A stretch of 64,000 bases of DNA, from NCBI GenBank assembly GCA_002269645.1, contig NIVC01000380.1, forward strand, positions 62,001-126,000, given 5' to 3'. This DNA comes from Macrostomum lignano. Its lineage: Eukaryota. The notes below the pieces were generated by a model, which made no database searches, had not been told where the DNA came from, and worked only from the letters and a program-made list of their open reading frames with translations. Positions 62,108 to 64,000 of this stretch are shown here, in pieces. Position 1 is the first letter of the stretch, and each line of letters starts with the position of its first letter. Both the position numbers and the translations under genes were made by a program.

Positions 62108-62732
62108 TGAGGATCTGGGAGGCTGGCCCAGTAACTGAGGATCTGGGAGGCTGGCCCAGCAACTGGGGATCTGAGAGGCTGGTGGCCCAGCAACTGGGGA
62201 TCTGAGAGGCTGGTGGCCCAGCAACTGAGGATCTGGGAGGCTGGCCCAGAAACTGACCCTTTGGGAGGCTGGCCCAGCAACTGGGGATCTGAGAAGCTGG
62301 TGGCCCAGCAACTGAGGATGTGGGAGGCTGGCCCTGGCCCAGCAACTGACACTCTTGGGAGGCTGGCCCAGAAACTGGCACTATGGGAGGCTGGCCTAGC
62401 AACTGAGGATTTGGGAAGCCGGCCCAGCAACTGGGGATCTGGGAGGCTGGTGGCCCAGCAACTGAGGATCTGGGAGGCTGGTGGCCCAGCAACTGAGGAT
62501 CTGGGAGGCTGGAGGCCCAGCAACTGGGGATCTGGGAGGCTGGTGGCCCAGCATCTGAGGATCTGGGAGGCTGGCCCAGTAACTGAGGATCTGGGAGGCT
62601 GGTGTCCCAGCAACTGGGGATCTGGGAGGCTGGTGGCCCAGCAACTGGGGATCTGGGAGGCTGGTGGCCCAGCATCTGAGGATCTGGGAGGCTGGTGGCC
62701 CAGCAACTGGGGATCTGGGAGGCTGGCCCAGC
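62108..62732. repeat. ~31-bp minisatellite (GGCCCAGCAACTGAGGATCTGGGAGGCTGGT)
   Basis: Starts ~50 nt downstream of the CCDC13-like stop. Confidence 0.94.
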
Positions 62733-62784
62733 CAGCGGAACTCCGATGCCAAGTGGACAGGAAGTCTCTATCAAACAACGAACG

Positions 62785-63178
62785 TCACTGCCGCGCCTTA
62801 AAAGCTTTAAACGCCGCGAGGAACTGCTCCCTAGTCTGGGAAATAATATCCGTCAGCATTTTCAAATCCTCATTCTTAGAATGCAGCGCTGATTGCAGTG
62901 CGCGTCTCAGCGATGCCGCCTCCTCGTAGCAAGCGGTCAGCGCATCTCGCAGCCGATCAACCGACTCCTTGTTGGCGGCAAGGTCTTCGGACAACAGAGC
63001 GGCTAATTCAGCGTCGCTAGGCATCTCTATGGCAACGCTAGTACCCGGATGAGCCTGAGCAGTTTTACCAGTTTGCCTAGAAGATTTCTCTAATTGACGT
63101 TCCAGCAGAGCCAGACGCCGCATAGTCGACTGAAGTTGAGCAGCTGATTTTGCTTCGCGATCCAGCAGGTGCTGATAT
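62785..63178 (-). CDS. CCDC13: Last coding exon of a coiled-coil protein, CCDC13-like (upstream exons outside the window)
   Basis: Acceptor cacacctgcag|A. C-terminus EEAASLRRALQSALHSKNEDLKMLTDIISQTREQFLAAFK aligns by eye with the recalled CCDC13 terminus EENEMLKAALGSALRGKEEDFRMYHEILGQVKSVFLQAL; RRLALLERQLEK resembles HRTVVLEQHLEK. Confidence 0.62.
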
Positions 63179-63219
63179 CTGCAGGTGTGCGGGCAGGGCC
63201 TGTCTAATCCCTGATCGTC

Positions 63220-64000
63220 TAATCTCACTGTCTAATCTCAGCCTGTTGTCATCACTGTCTTATCTCAGTGTCTAATCTCAGTCTGTGCTCACTGTCTAAT
63301 CTCAGCCTGTGCTCACTGTCTTATCTCAGCCTGTGCTCACTGTCTTATCTCAGCCTGTGCTCACTGTCCAATCTCAGCCTGTGCTCACTGTCTAATCTCA
63401 GCCTGTGCTCACTGTCCAATCTCAGCCTGTGCTCACTGTCTAATCTCACTGTCTAATCTCAGCCTGTGCTCACTGTCTAATCTCAGCCTGTGCTCACTGT
63501 CCAATCTCAGCCTGTGCTCACTGTCTAATCTCAGCCTGTGCTCACTGTCTAATCTCAGTCTGTGCTCACTGTCTAATCTCAGCCTGTGCTCACTGTCTAA
63601 TCTCACTGTCTAATCTCACTGTCTAATCTCACTGTCTAATCTCAGCCTGTGCTCACTGTCTAATCTCACTGTCTAATCTCAGCCTGTGCTCACTGTCTAA
63701 TCTCAGCCTGTGCTCACTGTCTAATCTCAGCCTGTGCTCACTGTCTAATCTCACTGTCTAATCTCAGCCTGTGCTCACTGTCTAATCTCAGCCTGTGCTC
63801 ACTGTCTAATCTCACTGTCTAATCTCAGCCTGTGCTCACTGTCTAATCTCACTGTCTAATCTCAGCCTGTGCTCACTGTCTAATCTCAGCCTGTGCTCAC
63901 TGTCTAATCTCAGCCTGTGCTCACTGTCTAATCTCAGCCTGTGCTCACTGTCTAATCTCAGCCTGTGCTCACTGTCTAATCTCAGCCTGTGCTCACTGTC
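63220..64000. repeat. 24-bp minisatellite (CTCACTGTCTAATCTCAGCCTGTG) with 12-bp subunits
   Basis: In the CCDC13-like intron; runs off the window edge. Confidence 0.96.

Overview
Repeat-rich invertebrate animal genomic DNA, with GT-AG introns that often hold unrelated minisatellites and Gln/Ala-rich exons. The style suggests a free-living flatworm such as Macrostomum, but that is inference only. Host genes on the + strand: a TSP1-like/TM/PPxY membrane protein (3.4-5.2 kb), a 10-exon JHY-like Gln-rich protein (7.1-15.1 kb), a single-exon LRR surface protein (34.0-35.4 kb), a Mn-CDF/MTP-like cation efflux transporter (42.3-50.0 kb) and a small secreted orphan (51.1-52.9 kb). A minus-strand trio follows: CCDC13-like last exon, PPIL3 and a SENP6/7-like protease (63.2-55.5 kb). 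The standout is a 4,485-bp DNA transposon (42666-47150) in intron 1 of the CDF gene. It has ~350-bp TIRs, sits between AAA and TTT with no target-site duplication (Spy-type signature), and carries an intact PIF/Harbinger-ISL2EU-type DDE transposase ORF plus an overlapping intact ORF for a compact USP/C19-type deubiquitinase. Also present are a CORE-type SINE (2 copies), a second tRNA-SINE family, a hAT MITE, a TA-flanked MITE and many tandem repeats. No prokaryotic features or CRISPR arrays were found.
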